Positions 9,577 through 19,365 are shown, numbered from the stretch's first letter. The stretch: 64,000 bases of DNA from an uncultured Candidatus Saccharibacteria bacterium (GCA_964610335.1 CAZSVP010000002.1:78376-142375), one strand, 5' to 3'. Notes: generated by a model from the sequence alone, not told the origin. Program-made: numbers and translations.

Positions 9577-11220
9577 CTATATTTGCACCAATGTCCCTTT
9601 CAGCTTTTCGCGGAAGTAGTTGTCGTGACTGACATAGAGTATTGCACCTTCATAGCCCAGCAGAGCATTTTCGAGTTCTTCAATGCTGGGCAGATCCAGA
9701 TGATTGGTAGGCTCATCGAGTACCAACAGGTTTGGGTTGTTACAAAGCATTTTGATGAGTTGAAAGCGAGCCTTTTGGCCACCACTGAGTTGCTCGAGCT
9801 TGAGCTTCATATCGCGATGTGGCTCAAACAAGTATCCTGAGGCAATTTGAGCAGCTTTTTCAGGGTTCATTTCTATGCCAGCTGCCCGATAGACTTGCTC
9901 GATTGCTGCGACCAAGGTCAACTTCAATAGCTCAGGGCTAATCTCTTGCTCGTAGTAGCCAAGTCGCAGTTTTTGGTCATGCTCGATCTCACCGGCAAAT
10001 ATCTTGGGTTCAAGTGGCTCGCCAGCTACTATACTGAGTAGTGCCTTGATCAAGGTAGATTTACCAGCACCATTGCGACCACGCAGCTCTACCTTGTCTC
10101 CAGTATGTAGCTCAAAACTGACATCGTTAAATAGTGGTTCAACATAGCCAATCGACAGATCACGCACAGTTACAAGCTGCTGGTAACTTTGCTGGTTTTG
10201 ATCAATCCCGACTTGGATATTACGCGCCTTGTACTTCTCATATTGCTCAGTCAGCTTGGGTTGCATTTGCTTGGCCGAATCTTGGTCGATCCAAAATGAT
10301 GGTTTTACTAGATTCTTCTCCAGCTCGGCAATATCACGCTCAAAGCGCCGCACCAGTGGAATAAACGGATTGGGGGTCTTGCTACTACTAGCCTTCTTGC
10401 GATTGGCTTCAGCAAGCTGTTTTTTGAGATTGATCAAGGTTTTGGTCTGTACCTCGTACTGGTTCATACCAGCTACAGTCTGGCTACTGTTTTGGCGTAG
10501 ATAGGCATCGTAGTTGCCATTGAATATGTAGGCTTGGTGATCACGTACTTCGATGATTTGATCGACTACTGCTAGCACATCGCGATCGTGGCTTACCAGT
10601 ACCACTGCGCACTTAGCTGCCCCGAGCCAAGTGATAAACTCTGCCTTGGCCACATAGTCCATATGATTGGTAGGCTCATCGATCAGTGCCAGATCGACAT
10701 GGCTCTCGGCTATTTTGACTAGTTCTACAAACCGTTTTTGGCCACCCGATAGGTTGCTCAGCTGCCCATTGGCCACTTCGGCATTCAGCTGATACTTTTC
10801 GAGTTCTTGGAGTACACTATCCTCAGCTCGGTAGTAGTCGAGCTGACTGAAGCGCTCGATGGCATCGGTGTAGCTATGCAACTGATCTTCGGTTGGATCT
10901 TTCAAGTTCGGATAAGACTCAATCGTATGCTTGAGCTTGGTGTATTCGGGCAATTCATTGAGTACATACTCGAGCACTGTAAGATCAGCCACTTCGGTAT
11001 GTTCCTGGCGAGTCTCACCTATCACCAGCCCCTTCTTGCGATGAATGTCGCCGACGTACTCGGTATCTCGCCCAGATAGCAGGCCCAGCAAGGTGGACTT
11101 ACCCACTCCGTTGCGCCCGATTATTGCCACCTTCTGCTTTTCTTGCAAAGTTAAGCTTAAGTCGCGCAGCAGCAACTTCGAACCCATAGTCTTTTCTTCG
11201 ATTTCAGCTTGTATGATCAT
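9577..11220 (-). CDS. ABC-F family ATPase (EttA/YbiT-like translation factor; two ABC domains, no TM domain)
   Basis: 547 aa with two Walker A motifs (GRNGVGKST, GRNGAGKST) and two signatures (LSGGQKRF, LSGGQKAR) separated by a linker. Confidence 0.85.
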   Translation of the reverse strand: MIIQAEIEEKTMGSKLLLRDLSLTLQEKQKVAIIGRNGVGKSTLLGLLSGRDTEYVGDIHRKKGLVIGETRQEHTEVADLTVLEYVLNELPEYTKLKHTIESYPNLKDPTEDQLHSYTDAIERFSQLDYYRAEDSVLQELEKYQLNAEVANGQLSNLSGGQKRFVELVKIAESHVDLALIDEPTNHMDYVAKAEFITWLGAAKCAVVLVSHDRDVLAVVDQIIEVRDHQAYIFNGNYDAYLRQNSSQTVAGMNQYEVQTKTLINLKKQLAEANRKKASSSKTPNPFIPLVRRFERDIAELEKNLVKPSFWIDQDSAKQMQPKLTEQYEKYKARNIQVGIDQNQQSYQQLVTVRDLSIGYVEPLFNDVSFELHTGDKVELRGRNGAGKSTLIKALLSIVAGEPLEPKIFAGEIEHDQKLRLGYYEQEISPELLKLTLVAAIEQVYRAAGIEMNPEKAAQIASGYLFEPHRDMKLKLEQLSGGQKARFQLIKMLCNNPNLLVLDEPTNHLDLPSIEELENALLGYEGAILYVSHDNYFREKLKGTLVQI

Positions 11221-11237
11221 TTGAGTACTTTTGAATA

Positions 11238-11570
11238 CTAGATAAACCAGGCCACTAGCCCGTGTTGAGCAATCTTATCACGATATCCTGGATAACTGTA
11301 CCATTCCTGTTTGGCTTGTTCGATATTTTCGACTAGTGGCATAACATTATGCAGACCAACCGCTGCTACAAGTTCTTCAATGCTAGGATATATCTCAACC
11401 CGCTTTACCGCCTTGGTAATTGTTTCTTTGCCACAGCGAATTACTAGCTCATCACCTACAGCTACCTTGCGATACTTCGGTGTAGCTGCACGCGACTCGA
11501 CAGTCTTGCGACCATCGACAATGGCATCAAAACTCTTGTCGCCAGCCCGAAATACTAGGTTGCGTTTCAT
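11238..11570 (-). CDS. ASCH (PUA-like) domain protein
   Basis: 110 aa; FDAIVDGRKTVESR is the typical ASCH N-terminal beta-barrel motif. Confidence 0.65.
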   Translation of the reverse strand: MKRNLVFRAGDKSFDAIVDGRKTVESRAATPKYRKVAVGDELVIRCGKETITKAVKRVEIYPSIEELVAAVGLHNVMPLVENIEQAKQEWYSYPGYRDKIAQHGLVAWFI

Positions 11571-11650
11571 AGATTGATTGTAACAAATAAGTTGTTTTTT
11601 TTTGGCAAGTCTGTAATATTAGAAGTAACAATAATTTTTGGAGGATGGTT

Positions 11651-12175
11651 ATGCCCGAACCAAAACCAAGCAATGATCCTATAGAAGATTTTACGCCAGC
11701 AGTTGATGTAACTGAGCTCGAGCCAGCCGAATACAAGATTTACGATTCATCTGATATGGTTGACTATATAGAAAATGGTGGCTCGACTGAGCCAAGTATT
11801 TCCTATGACGCACTTCTGGGCGATTCTGAGCGAGCGGATTCCATGCTAAAAGCTATCCCAAAAGAAGAACGTGGTTCTATTGTAAAGAGTGCCAGACAAG
11901 AGGCGGCCAAAATGTATAAAGAAGGCGATGACGAGCAGACTGAGCTCGACCGCCGAAGCGCAATTGAAGAGAGGGAGGCAAAAGCCCTCTATGACACATT
12001 GTCAACAGATGACAAACTAGTTGCTGTCCAAGATGAGCTAAAAGCCGATCTAAATGAAGCTTTAGTAGCACTTCAAATGAAATACCCTACTCCTGACGAC
12101 ATGCCAGCCGAGCTTAAGGCACGACTAATCAAGTTGCGTGACAAAATAAACAAGAAACCCGAATTAACGCAGTAA
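11651..12175 (+). CDS. Acidic hypothetical protein (start taken at the second ATG, after GGAGG)
   Basis: Roughly 175 aa, rich in Asp/Glu and predicted helical; GGAGG 6 nt upstream of the ATG at 11651; ends at the terminator at 12177. Confidence 0.55.
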   Translation: MPEPKPSNDPIEDFTPAVDVTELEPAEYKIYDSSDMVDYIENGGSTEPSISYDALLGDSERADSMLKAIPKEERGSIVKSARQEAAKMYKEGDDEQTELDRRSAIEEREAKALYDTLSTDDKLVAVQDELKADLNEALVALQMKYPTPDDMPAELKARLIKLRDKINKKPELTQ

Positions 12176-12176
12176 C

Positions 12177-12204
12177 TAAAAAGCCCCGAATTCGGGGCTT
12201 TTTA
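12177..12204. terminator. Bidirectional intrinsic terminator (aaaAGCCCCGaattCGGGGCTtttt)
   Basis: Perfect 7-bp GC stem flanked by an A-run and a T-run; serves the convergent plus gene and rpsJ (minus). Confidence 0.85.
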
Positions 12205-12220
12205 TGAGTGAGAGCTCAAT

Positions 12221-12541
12221 TTACATCTTAATTTCGATGTCCACGCCGGCAGGCAAGCTCAGATTCATAAGGTTGTCGACAGTCTTAGGAGTTGGCTCGG
12301 TGATGTCGATCAAACGCTTATGAGTACGCATCTCGAACTGCTCACGAGCGTCTTTGTAGACATGTGGGCTTGAGAGTACTGTGTACTTCTTCTTATCGGT
12401 AGGCAGTGGCACTGGTCCAGCGACTTGGGCACCGGTGCGAATGGCCGTATCGATAATCTGCTTGGCCGATTGGTCGATAATCTTGTTATCGTAGGCCTTG
12501 AGCTTGATGCGAATGCGTGGTTTGGAAGGTACGTCTGGCAT
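12221..12541 (-). CDS. rpsJ: 30S ribosomal protein S10
   Basis: 106 aa beginning [21 protein letters not shown], the canonical S10 start; sits downstream of tuf rather than upstream of rplC. Confidence 0.93.
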   Translation of the reverse strand: MPDVPSKPRIRIKLKAYDNKIIDQSAKQIIDTAIRTGAQVAGPVPLPTDKKKYTVLSSPHVYKDAREQFEMRTHKRLIDITEPTPKTVDNLMNLSLPAGVDIEIKM

Positions 12542-12553
12542 TTGATTGATCCG

Positions 12554-13732
12554 TTACTTGATGATCTTACTGACCACACCGGATCCTACAGTCTTACCAC
12601 CTTCGCGGATAGCGAAGCGGAGGCCGTCGTCCATAGCAATTGGGGCAATCAATTTAACCTTAACGCTAATGTTGTCACCAGGCATAACCATCTCAGTACC
12701 TTCTGGAAGTTCAACTTCACCAGTTACGTCGGTAGTACGGAAGTAAAACTGTGGTTTGTAGCCCTTGAAGAAAGGAGTGTGTCGTCCGCCTTCTTCTTTC
12801 TTCAATACATATACTTCACATTCAAATTCGGTGTGAGGGGTAATGCTACCTGGTTTGGCAAGCACTTGACCGCGCTCGATGTCTTCGCGCTCAATACCGC
12901 GCAAGAGAACACCTACGTTGTCACCAGCTTGACCTTGGTCGAGTAGCTTCTTGAACATCTCAACGCCAGTTACAACTGACTTGGTGGTGGCTTTGATACC
13001 AACGATTTCAACTTCTTCGTTGACCTTGATCACACCACGCTCTACACGACCGGTAGCAACTGTACCACGGCCTTTGATAGAGAAGACGTCTTCGATAGGC
13101 ATAAGAAATGGCTTGTCGATATCTCGTACTGGATCTTCGATGTAACTATCCATGGTGTCGAGCAGCTCTTGGATGCTCTTCTCGTACTCGGCATCACCTT
13201 CGAGAGCCTTAAGTGCAGAACCCTTGATGATAGGAGTCTTCTCTCCTGGGTAACCGTATTTGTCGAGCAATTCGCGGATTTCTACTTCTACAAGCTCGGC
13301 TAGTTCTGGGTCAGCCATATCCATCTTGTTCATGTACACGATGATTTGCTTCACACCAACTTGGCTGGCAAGCAAGATGTGCTCGCGAGTTTGAGGCATA
13401 GGACCGTCAGCAGCAGATACTACCAGGATTGCAGCATCCATCTGTGCGGCACCGGTGATCATGTTTTTGACATAGTCAGCATGGCCTGGGCAGTCGACGT
13501 GCGCATAATGACGCTTGTCTGATTCGTACTCAGAGTGAGTAGTAGCAATAGTAATACCACGCTCTTTCTCTTCTGGTGCGTTATCAATATCGGCGTAGCT
13601 TTTGGCCTGAGCCTTACCAGATTTGGCAAGGTAGGTAGTGATGGCCGCAGTCAAAGTAGTCTTACCATGGTCAACGTGACCGATGGTACCAACATTGACA
13701 TGGGTTTTGTCACGATTAAATGTATCTGACAT
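12554..13732 (-). CDS. tuf: Elongation factor Tu
   Basis: 392 aa with [23 protein letters not shown] and NKMD motifs. Confidence 0.97.
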   Translation of the reverse strand: MSDTFNRDKTHVNVGTIGHVDHGKTTLTAAITTYLAKSGKAQAKSYADIDNAPEEKERGITIATTHSEYESDKRHYAHVDCPGHADYVKNMITGAAQMDAAILVVSAADGPMPQTREHILLASQVGVKQIIVYMNKMDMADPELAELVEVEIRELLDKYGYPGEKTPIIKGSALKALEGDAEYEKSIQELLDTMDSYIEDPVRDIDKPFLMPIEDVFSIKGRGTVATGRVERGVIKVNEEVEIVGIKATTKSVVTGVEMFKKLLDQGQAGDNVGVLLRGIEREDIERGQVLAKPGSITPHTEFECEVYVLKKEEGGRHTPFFKGYKPQFYFRTTDVTGEVELPEGTEMVMPGDNISVKVKLIAPIAMDDGLRFAIREGGKTVGSGVVSKIIK

Positions 13733-13820
13733 GTCTTCTCCTAATTATTATTTCGTATAGTAGTGCTCGTATGTGAAAAACCGGCAATAGCAAAATTGCC
13801 AGTTTCACAAGACGTGACTA

Positions 13821-13849
13821 ATTATAGAGAGTTTCACCTGGTTTGTAAA
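13821..13849 (-). promoter_or_regulatory. tuf promoter (TTTACA-17-TATAAT), followed by a short hairpin in the leader
   Basis: Minus-strand cTTTACAaaccaggtgaaactctcTATAATtag lies about 90 nt upstream of the tuf ATG; GGCAAT..ATTGCC + GGTTTTT hairpin in the leader. Confidence 0.7.
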
Positions 13850-13933
13850 GAGTTTTATCGAGTGATAAGAACACCAGAAATATAATTGCGTGGCGGCAAC
13901 CCCAATCTGCCCGAAAGCGGACTGAGGCTACCG

Positions 13934-14269
13934 TTATTCTCCCTCCTCAAGAGCTTCGTACAGGATCTTGTAGGCTTCTTCTACCACAGTTGGAGGGTTG
14001 CGCCGAATCAGCTTGCGAGCTGTGTGAACACACACTGTCCAGATGATCATGTAGATTGCCAACGATGCACATAGTCCACCGATCATCACGGCCAGGCCAG
14101 GGTCAGCACTTCCCCCAAAGACCATCGTGAGGCCTACGCCTGTGAACATAGCATGCATCCAAAGCGCCTGGAACCACAACGACCGACTAAACGGATTGGC
14201 ATCGAGATAGCCAGCCAACAGTCCTGCTCCATGATGGAGATACCAGAACTCGTCTGGCTTACGCCTCAT
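13934..14269 (-). CDS. Hypothetical membrane protein (elevated GC)
   Basis: 111 aa with 2-3 TM helices; local GC clearly above the genome background; start/stop overlaps the upstream ORF. Confidence 0.55.
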   Translation of the reverse strand: MRRKPDEFWYLHHGAGLLAGYLDANPFSRSLWFQALWMHAMFTGVGLTMVFGGSADPGLAVMIGGLCASLAIYMIIWTVCVHTARKLIRRNPPTVVEEAYKILYEALEEGE

Positions 14270-14589
14270 GGTCGTTCCTTGGAATCGTCGCGAAGGTCGA
14301 GGCTCTGACGCTGCGACAGCCGGACGATGTCCCGACGGCCACCGTAGTAGACCCGAAGCTTGGCGTTGACCAGCTTGATGGGCTCACCCACTACCACAAA
14401 CAGCAAGGGTAAGCCAAAGGCTAGCAACAAGCCGATCGGAATGGAAAGCAAGCTCCATAGCAGGTAGCTCCAGCGCTCGTTGAGAAGTGCCATCAGACAG
14501 CCACCTGTGATCACCACGCTGCACATCAGCATGATCACTATCTCGTAGGTCACACTCAGATTGCGTTGGTAATTGGTATCGTCGTACAA
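14266..14589 (-). CDS. Hypothetical membrane protein (elevated GC)
   Basis: 107 aa with two TM helices and a C-terminal soluble segment; translationally coupled to the next ORF. Confidence 0.55.
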   Translation of the reverse strand: MYDDTNYQRNLSVTYEIVIMLMCSVVITGGCLMALLNERWSYLLWSLLSIPIGLLLAFGLPLLFVVVGEPIKLVNAKLRVYYGGRRDIVRLSQRQSLDLRDDSKERP

Positions 14590-14640
14590 GACAAAGCCTC
14601 CAGGTTGAGAAAGAACAATTGTTGGCGATAATACGCCGTC

Positions 14641-14674
14641 GGGCGGTCTCGGAGCGCGATGTCCGAGACCGCCC
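14641..14674. repeat. Perfect 13-bp inverted repeat hairpin (GGGCGGTCTCGGA-8nt-TCCGAGACCGCCC)
   Basis: Seen in sequence between two high-GC ORFs; no U-run follows. Confidence 0.7.
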
Positions 14675-14698
14675 TAGTTGATAGCGCCTGAGGTGCCA

Positions 14699-14947
14699 CT
14701 AAGCGGATTCGTCAGGTGATTCCGCGCGGCTCAAGCGCTCTTGCACCACTCGCAGGGTTGCCTCGTCGATTGAGTCGGCTGGTCCTGCGGCTGGATGCTT
14801 GGCCACTTCTGCATCAGTCGGCTTACGCCGCTGGCTGAGTGGTGTTACCACGTTTGAGACGTGGTGGGTTTCATCGGCCAGACTCTCGTCTGGCGCTGGC
14901 ACGGTATCGTCATCGCCTGGCATTGCTGCCTCCTGGAATGATGACAA
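14699..14947 (-). CDS. Hypothetical acidic/Pro-rich protein (high GC)
   Basis: 82 aa; GC-rich codons; RBS GGAGG upstream. Confidence 0.45.
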   Translation of the reverse strand: MSSFQEAAMPGDDDTVPAPDESLADETHHVSNVVTPLSQRRKPTDAEVAKHPAAGPADSIDEATLRVVQERLSRAESPDESA

Positions 14948-15128
14948 CCTCCGCCCGTGCGCCCCATCGTATTTTGGATGGAAGCCTCTCCGGCAAGCCG
15001 GCTCGAGGTGCAGATATTGTGCTACTAAAACCTATTAATTGCAAGCATAACTACCACAAATTGTAACAAGCCAAGAAATATAGGATAATAAGCATAAGTA
15101 TATATAACAACTAGCAAAGAAAGTCACG

Positions 15129-15551
15129 ATGGCCAAAAAGAAAACTTCCGTAGCCAGAATCAAAAATCAAACTAAGCAAGAAAATAATTCATACGTCAAT
15201 TGGCTAATAGGTATAGTGATTGTTGTATTGGTTGCAGTTATTGGCATTGTAGTCGTAAACTTCTCCGATGCTGCCAATGCTCCAAACGGACAAGGTACAT
15301 ATCGTATAGAAAGCGCACAAACTTCTCCTGATGGTGCAACTACTAAAATTACATTTTCTATCGACCGTAACTATACGTTGACTAGAGTTGGAAAGTTTCA
15401 GTCTGGAGCTATCAAGTGGAAGCTAAATGGCCAATGTTATACAGTTGCGAGCGCTGCTGGGAGTGACTTTAAATCACTTGGTACAAAGCGAGAAAAATAT
15501 TACGACAATCAGCAGATTGTAGCTACTAGAAAAACCTCCTGTAATCTCTAA
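15129..15551 (+). CDS. Membrane-anchored/secreted hypothetical protein
   Basis: 140 aa with N-terminal basic region plus one TM helix; AT-rich promoter region upstream; terminator follows. Confidence 0.55.
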   Translation: MAKKKTSVARIKNQTKQENNSYVNWLIGIVIVVLVAVIGIVVVNFSDAANAPNGQGTYRIESAQTSPDGATTKITFSIDRNYTLTRVGKFQSGAIKWKLNGQCYTVASAAGSDFKSLGTKREKYYDNQQIVATRKTSCNL

Positions 15552-15582
15552 CAAAGGCTAAGGTTGTTTCAAAATCAACAGT

Positions 15583-15607
15583 AAAGAGCCCCGCTCGGGG
15601 CTCTTTA
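15583..15607. terminator. Bidirectional intrinsic terminator (aaaGAGCCCCGctCGGGGCTCttt)
   Basis: 8-bp GC stem with flanking A-run and T-run; terminates fusA (minus) and the plus ORF. Confidence 0.85.
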
Positions 15608-15635
15608 CTTAGATCTTACATGAAGAATTTGCTAT

Positions 15636-17747
15636 CTAGGATGTACCAGCTTCACGAGCAGCAGTATATTTGCCCTTGAGCTCCTCGGCTACTTGGCCAG
15701 GAACCTCAGCATAGTGGTCAAATTCCATAGCGTAAGCTGCACGACCCTGAGTCATACTGCGCAAGCTAGTAGAGTAGCCAAACATCTCAGCTAGTGGTAC
15801 AAACGCCACTATGTGCTTAGCACCACTACGATCTTCCATGTTCTCAACACGACCACGCTTGGCATTGATATCACCTATCACATCACCCATGAACTCTTCA
15901 GGAGTAGTTACTTCTACTTTCATGGTAGGCTCCATAATAACTGGAGTGGCCTTGCGAACACCCTCTTGGAGCGCCATGCTACCGGCAATCTTAAAGGCAA
16001 CTTCACTAGAGTCCACCTCGTGGTAACTACCATCGTAGAGTTTGCAATGAACATCTACTACTGGATAACCAGCAATTACGCCGTTCTGCATGGCTTCTTT
16101 GACGCCAGCTTCTACAGGATTTATATACTCCTTGGGGATAGCACCACCAACGATAGCGTTTTCAAATTCAAATATCTTGTGTTTGTCGTCTTCTTCAGTT
16201 TTGGCAAGTGGGCTAAGCTCTAGCCAGACATGACCAAATTGACCACGACCACCTGATTGGCGCACAAACTTGCCTTCCACTTGAGCAGTACTCTTAATGG
16301 TTTCACGGAAGGCTACCTGCGGACGACCAACATTGGCCTCGACCTTGAACTCACGCTTCATACGGTCTACCAACACGTCGAGATGCAACTCACCCATACC
16401 CGCAATGATAGTCTGGCCAGACTCTTCGTCAGTAGTTACACGGAAGGTAGGATCTTCTTCGGCCAAGCGAGCTAGTGCCAAACTCATCTTCTCTTGGTCG
16501 GCTTTGGTCTTAGGCTCAACGGCAATACTAATAACTGGCTCAGGAAATTCAATGCTTTCAAGCAACACGTGTTGCTTCTCATCGCACAGAGTGTTACCAG
16601 TCACAGTGTTTTTGAGTCCTACTGCAGCAGCTATTTCACCAGCGTAGACTTCGTTTACCTCTTCGCGATTGTTGGCGTGCATACGTACGATGCGGCCAAT
16701 TCGCTCTTTCTCGCCGGTACTTACATTTACTACATAGCTACCTGATTTGAGCGTGCCCGTATAAACACGGAAAAAGCACAGCTTACCAACAAATGGATCA
16801 GTTGCTATCTTAAACGCCAACCCAGCAAATGGCTCATCATCGCCCACCTTGATTACTTTTTCTTCGCCAGTCTTAGCATCAGTGGCAAGTGGCGGAGCGA
16901 TATCGAGAGGGCTTGGCAAGTAGTCTACTATCAGATCAAGTAGCTTCTCTACCATCACGCCACGACCATCGCCACCGCTTACTATGAAGAAGTCGCCGCG
17001 CAGCACGCTCTTGCGGATTACTTCTTTGATTTCTTCTTTGGTCAATTCGCCGCCGTCGAGGTATTTCTCAAGCAATGTGTCGTCAGATTCTAAAGCAGCT
17101 TCGATCAAATGATTGCGATACTTCTCAGCCTTCTCGCGCATGTCTTCAGGGATCTCGCCTTCAATCAGCTCCTTGTCAGTATAGTCACTATAGGTATAGG
17201 CTTTCATATCCACTAAGTCAATCACGCCATTGATCTCTTGTTCGAAGCCAATTGGCAGATGAATAGGATAAGCATGACGGCTCAAGCGCTCATGAATACT
17301 CTCGAGCGACTTGTAGAAGTCACCACCGGTTTGGTTGATCTTATTAATAAAACAGATGCGGGGCACACCATATTTGTTGGCTTGGCGCCAAACAGTTTCG
17401 GACTGGGGCTCCACACCCATCTTACCGTCAAAGATAACGGCAGCGCCGTCAAGCACACGCAAGCTACGCTCTACTTCGACCGTAAAGTCGATGTGACCAG
17501 GAGTGTCGATGATGTTGATACGATGCTTGTTCCAAAAACAGGTGGTAGCAGCCGAAGTAATAGTGATCCCACGCTCTTGTTCCTGTTCCATCCAGTCCAT
17601 GGTAGCCTCGCCCTGATGAACCTCACCAATCTTGTGCACCTTACCAGTACGGTAAAGGATGCCCTCGGTAACGGTAGTCTTACCGGCATCGATGTGAGCA
17701 ATAGTCCCTATATTACGAGTAACCTCAAGTGAATATTCACGTGCCAT
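15636..17747 (-). CDS. fusA: Elongation factor G
   Basis: 703 aa with [17 protein letters not shown] and EF-G domains IV/V. Confidence 0.97.
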   Translation of the reverse strand: MAREYSLEVTRNIGTIAHIDAGKTTVTEGILYRTGKVHKIGEVHQGEATMDWMEQEQERGITITSAATTCFWNKHRINIIDTPGHIDFTVEVERSLRVLDGAAVIFDGKMGVEPQSETVWRQANKYGVPRICFINKINQTGGDFYKSLESIHERLSRHAYPIHLPIGFEQEINGVIDLVDMKAYTYSDYTDKELIEGEIPEDMREKAEKYRNHLIEAALESDDTLLEKYLDGGELTKEEIKEVIRKSVLRGDFFIVSGGDGRGVMVEKLLDLIVDYLPSPLDIAPPLATDAKTGEEKVIKVGDDEPFAGLAFKIATDPFVGKLCFFRVYTGTLKSGSYVVNVSTGEKERIGRIVRMHANNREEVNEVYAGEIAAAVGLKNTVTGNTLCDEKQHVLLESIEFPEPVISIAVEPKTKADQEKMSLALARLAEEDPTFRVTTDEESGQTIIAGMGELHLDVLVDRMKREFKVEANVGRPQVAFRETIKSTAQVEGKFVRQSGGRGQFGHVWLELSPLAKTEEDDKHKIFEFENAIVGGAIPKEYINPVEAGVKEAMQNGVIAGYPVVDVHCKLYDGSYHEVDSSEVAFKIAGSMALQEGVRKATPVIMEPTMKVEVTTPEEFMGDVIGDINAKRGRVENMEDRSGAKHIVAFVPLAEMFGYSTSLRSMTQGRAAYAMEFDHYAEVPGQVAEELKGKYTAAREAGTS

Positions 17748-17877
17748 AACGTGTTGTAGTATCCTTTCTTAAATTCTAGTGCGTAAAAGTAATGTAAAGA
17801 CGGTCAGCACTAAGCTGACTGTTTGCGGATAATTATAGCTGATTTCTTGATAGGACACAAGCAACAAACATTAATGT

Positions 17878-17907
17878 ATTGACATTTAGAGGCTTTGCTG
17901 GTTAAAT
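17878..17907 (+). promoter_or_regulatory. Candidate promoter (TTGACA-18-TTAAAT) for the plus-strand high-GC cassette, divergent from fusA
   Basis: attGACAtttagaggctttgctggTTAAATatataac lies about 55 nt upstream of the GTG at 17961. Confidence 0.5.
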
Positions 17908-17960
17908 ATATAACTAGCTGTACCAACCATATCCATCCAGCACTCTCAGGGAGGTCCTAA

Positions 17961-18362
17961 GTGAGTGCAAGTCAGCAAGAAAAGATAGAGCAGTACCGTT
18001 TCTGGGGCGAGCGAGTCGCGAGTGGAGACACCGCGTTCGTGATGCCACTGGCCCGTGCCATCAGGTCTGGTGAGATCACCGCACCGAAGGCAGGGACCAC
18101 TCAGAAGCGGATCCGCGAGGTCATGCGCCAGCGCTTTCACGAGGCCCACCAGAGGGCGATCTGGTGCAAGAAGTACGGCGAGCGCATGAACGGCCGCGGC
18201 GTGCTATGCAAGCTCGGCCTGGAGCTGGCGGAGTCGGCCAACTGGGGCAACCTGCTCCACGTGACGCCCACCGACTTCGGAGCCAGCTTCGAAGAGCTAT
18301 ACGAACTCGCCGATCACTTCGGTGTAAGCGACCGCCTGCAGTTCGTCGCCATGGCGAGCTGA
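17961..18362 (+). CDS. Hypothetical protein (about 62% GC; GTG start after GGGAGG)
   Basis: 133 aa; RBS GGGAGG 5 nt upstream; strong GC shift relative to the neighbours. Confidence 0.6.
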   Translation: MSASQQEKIEQYRFWGERVASGDTAFVMPLARAIRSGEITAPKAGTTQKRIREVMRQRFHEAHQRAIWCKKYGERMNGRGVLCKLGLELAESANWGNLLHVTPTDFGASFEELYELADHFGVSDRLQFVAMAS

Positions 18363-18408
18363 TCGCGAGTTCAACATGGGTGCCTCATCGGGGGAAAGGC
18401 ACCACCCG

Positions 18409-18453
18409 TTCGGGGCTCCGGCACTTGGCCGGAGCCCCGGGTGGGTCATTTTT
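18409..18453 (+). terminator. Intrinsic terminator (CGGGGCTCCGGC-loop-GCCGGAGCCCCG followed by a T-run)
   Basis: 12-bp GC stem followed by gtcatttttattt. Confidence 0.8.
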
Positions 18454-18531
18454 ATTTATATTGACTTTATTGACCAAAAGTTGTAGCATAGATTCCCGAT
18501 CGCTACATTCGCCCACCAAGGAGGCATAACT

Positions 18532-18981
18532 ATGCCTAGCGACGCATACCACACGTTGGCACTGAAGTCCGCTACCCTAGCTCACTACCGTGCCGTCCAT
18601 GAAGGAAGTGGTACTCACGAGCAGTACAGACTGGTACTCAAGGCCATCGATGCCGGTGACATCATACCTGTTGAGATCGGCACCAGCTACCGAGAACTCG
18701 GAGCCCATAATCGCCAATGGATTCGTAATCTGTTGGAGGATGCAAGCTTCGACGGTCTCCCGCAGCACATGCCAGGGGATGTGAGGGTCGCTTACAGGCA
18801 GCTGATCAAGCAACTCGAGCTGCTCAATAGCCTGCAGCATCCTCGCCTGCGGCTCACCCTCGGCCAGCTCAAGATCACTCTGCCGCAGCTGCGCCAACTC
18901 GGCGAGCCGCTTGGTCTGAGCCACCTCGTGGACGACGCCGACCTCGCAGTCGGCAGCTGGCACCACAAGAAGTCCGCCTGA
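18532..18981 (+). CDS. Hypothetical protein (high GC)
   Basis: 149 aa; RBS AAGGAGG; promoter-like TTGACT-17-TAGCAT upstream. Confidence 0.6.
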   Translation: MPSDAYHTLALKSATLAHYRAVHEGSGTHEQYRLVLKAIDAGDIIPVEIGTSYRELGAHNRQWIRNLLEDASFDGLPQHMPGDVRVAYRQLIKQLELLNSLQHPRLRLTLGQLKITLPQLRQLGEPLGLSHLVDDADLAVGSWHHKKSA

Positions 18982-19011
18982 TTCACTCGCCCGTCAACCA
19001 GGAGGTTTCTC

Positions 19012-19308
19012 ATGGGCAAACATGTGGTAACCAACAAGGAGATCAAACGGCTGTACCGTCGGCTCGAAGGGCTGCCATTTGTGCACAAGGTGCACACCTG
19101 CGCCCTCCAGCCAGGAGCAGCATCGGGCAAGCCTCGCGTGGAGTACCGCCACGGCAGTGCCGAGCCTGGCTCGCACCGCGTACCGGCAGTCATTAAGGCT
19201 GGAGGCTGTGCCCAACGGGTGTTCATCACCCTACGCGTTGACGAAGGCGAGTCCTTCAGCGACAAGCTCAAGTTGTTGCTCGCCGAGCCCGAGGTGATCG
19301 CCAACTGA
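19012..19308 (+). CDS. Hypothetical protein (high GC)
   Basis: 98 aa; RBS AGGAGG; co-oriented and closely spaced with the previous ORF. Confidence 0.55.
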   Translation: MGKHVVTNKEIKRLYRRLEGLPFVHKVHTCALQPGAASGKPRVEYRHGSAEPGSHRVPAVIKAGGCAQRVFITLRVDEGESFSDKLKLLLAEPEVIAN

Positions 19309-19365
19309 CACCGTCCCCGTCTGAGACCGGATGCAAAACGCTCCTGTTTCGGCCGGGGCGTTTTG

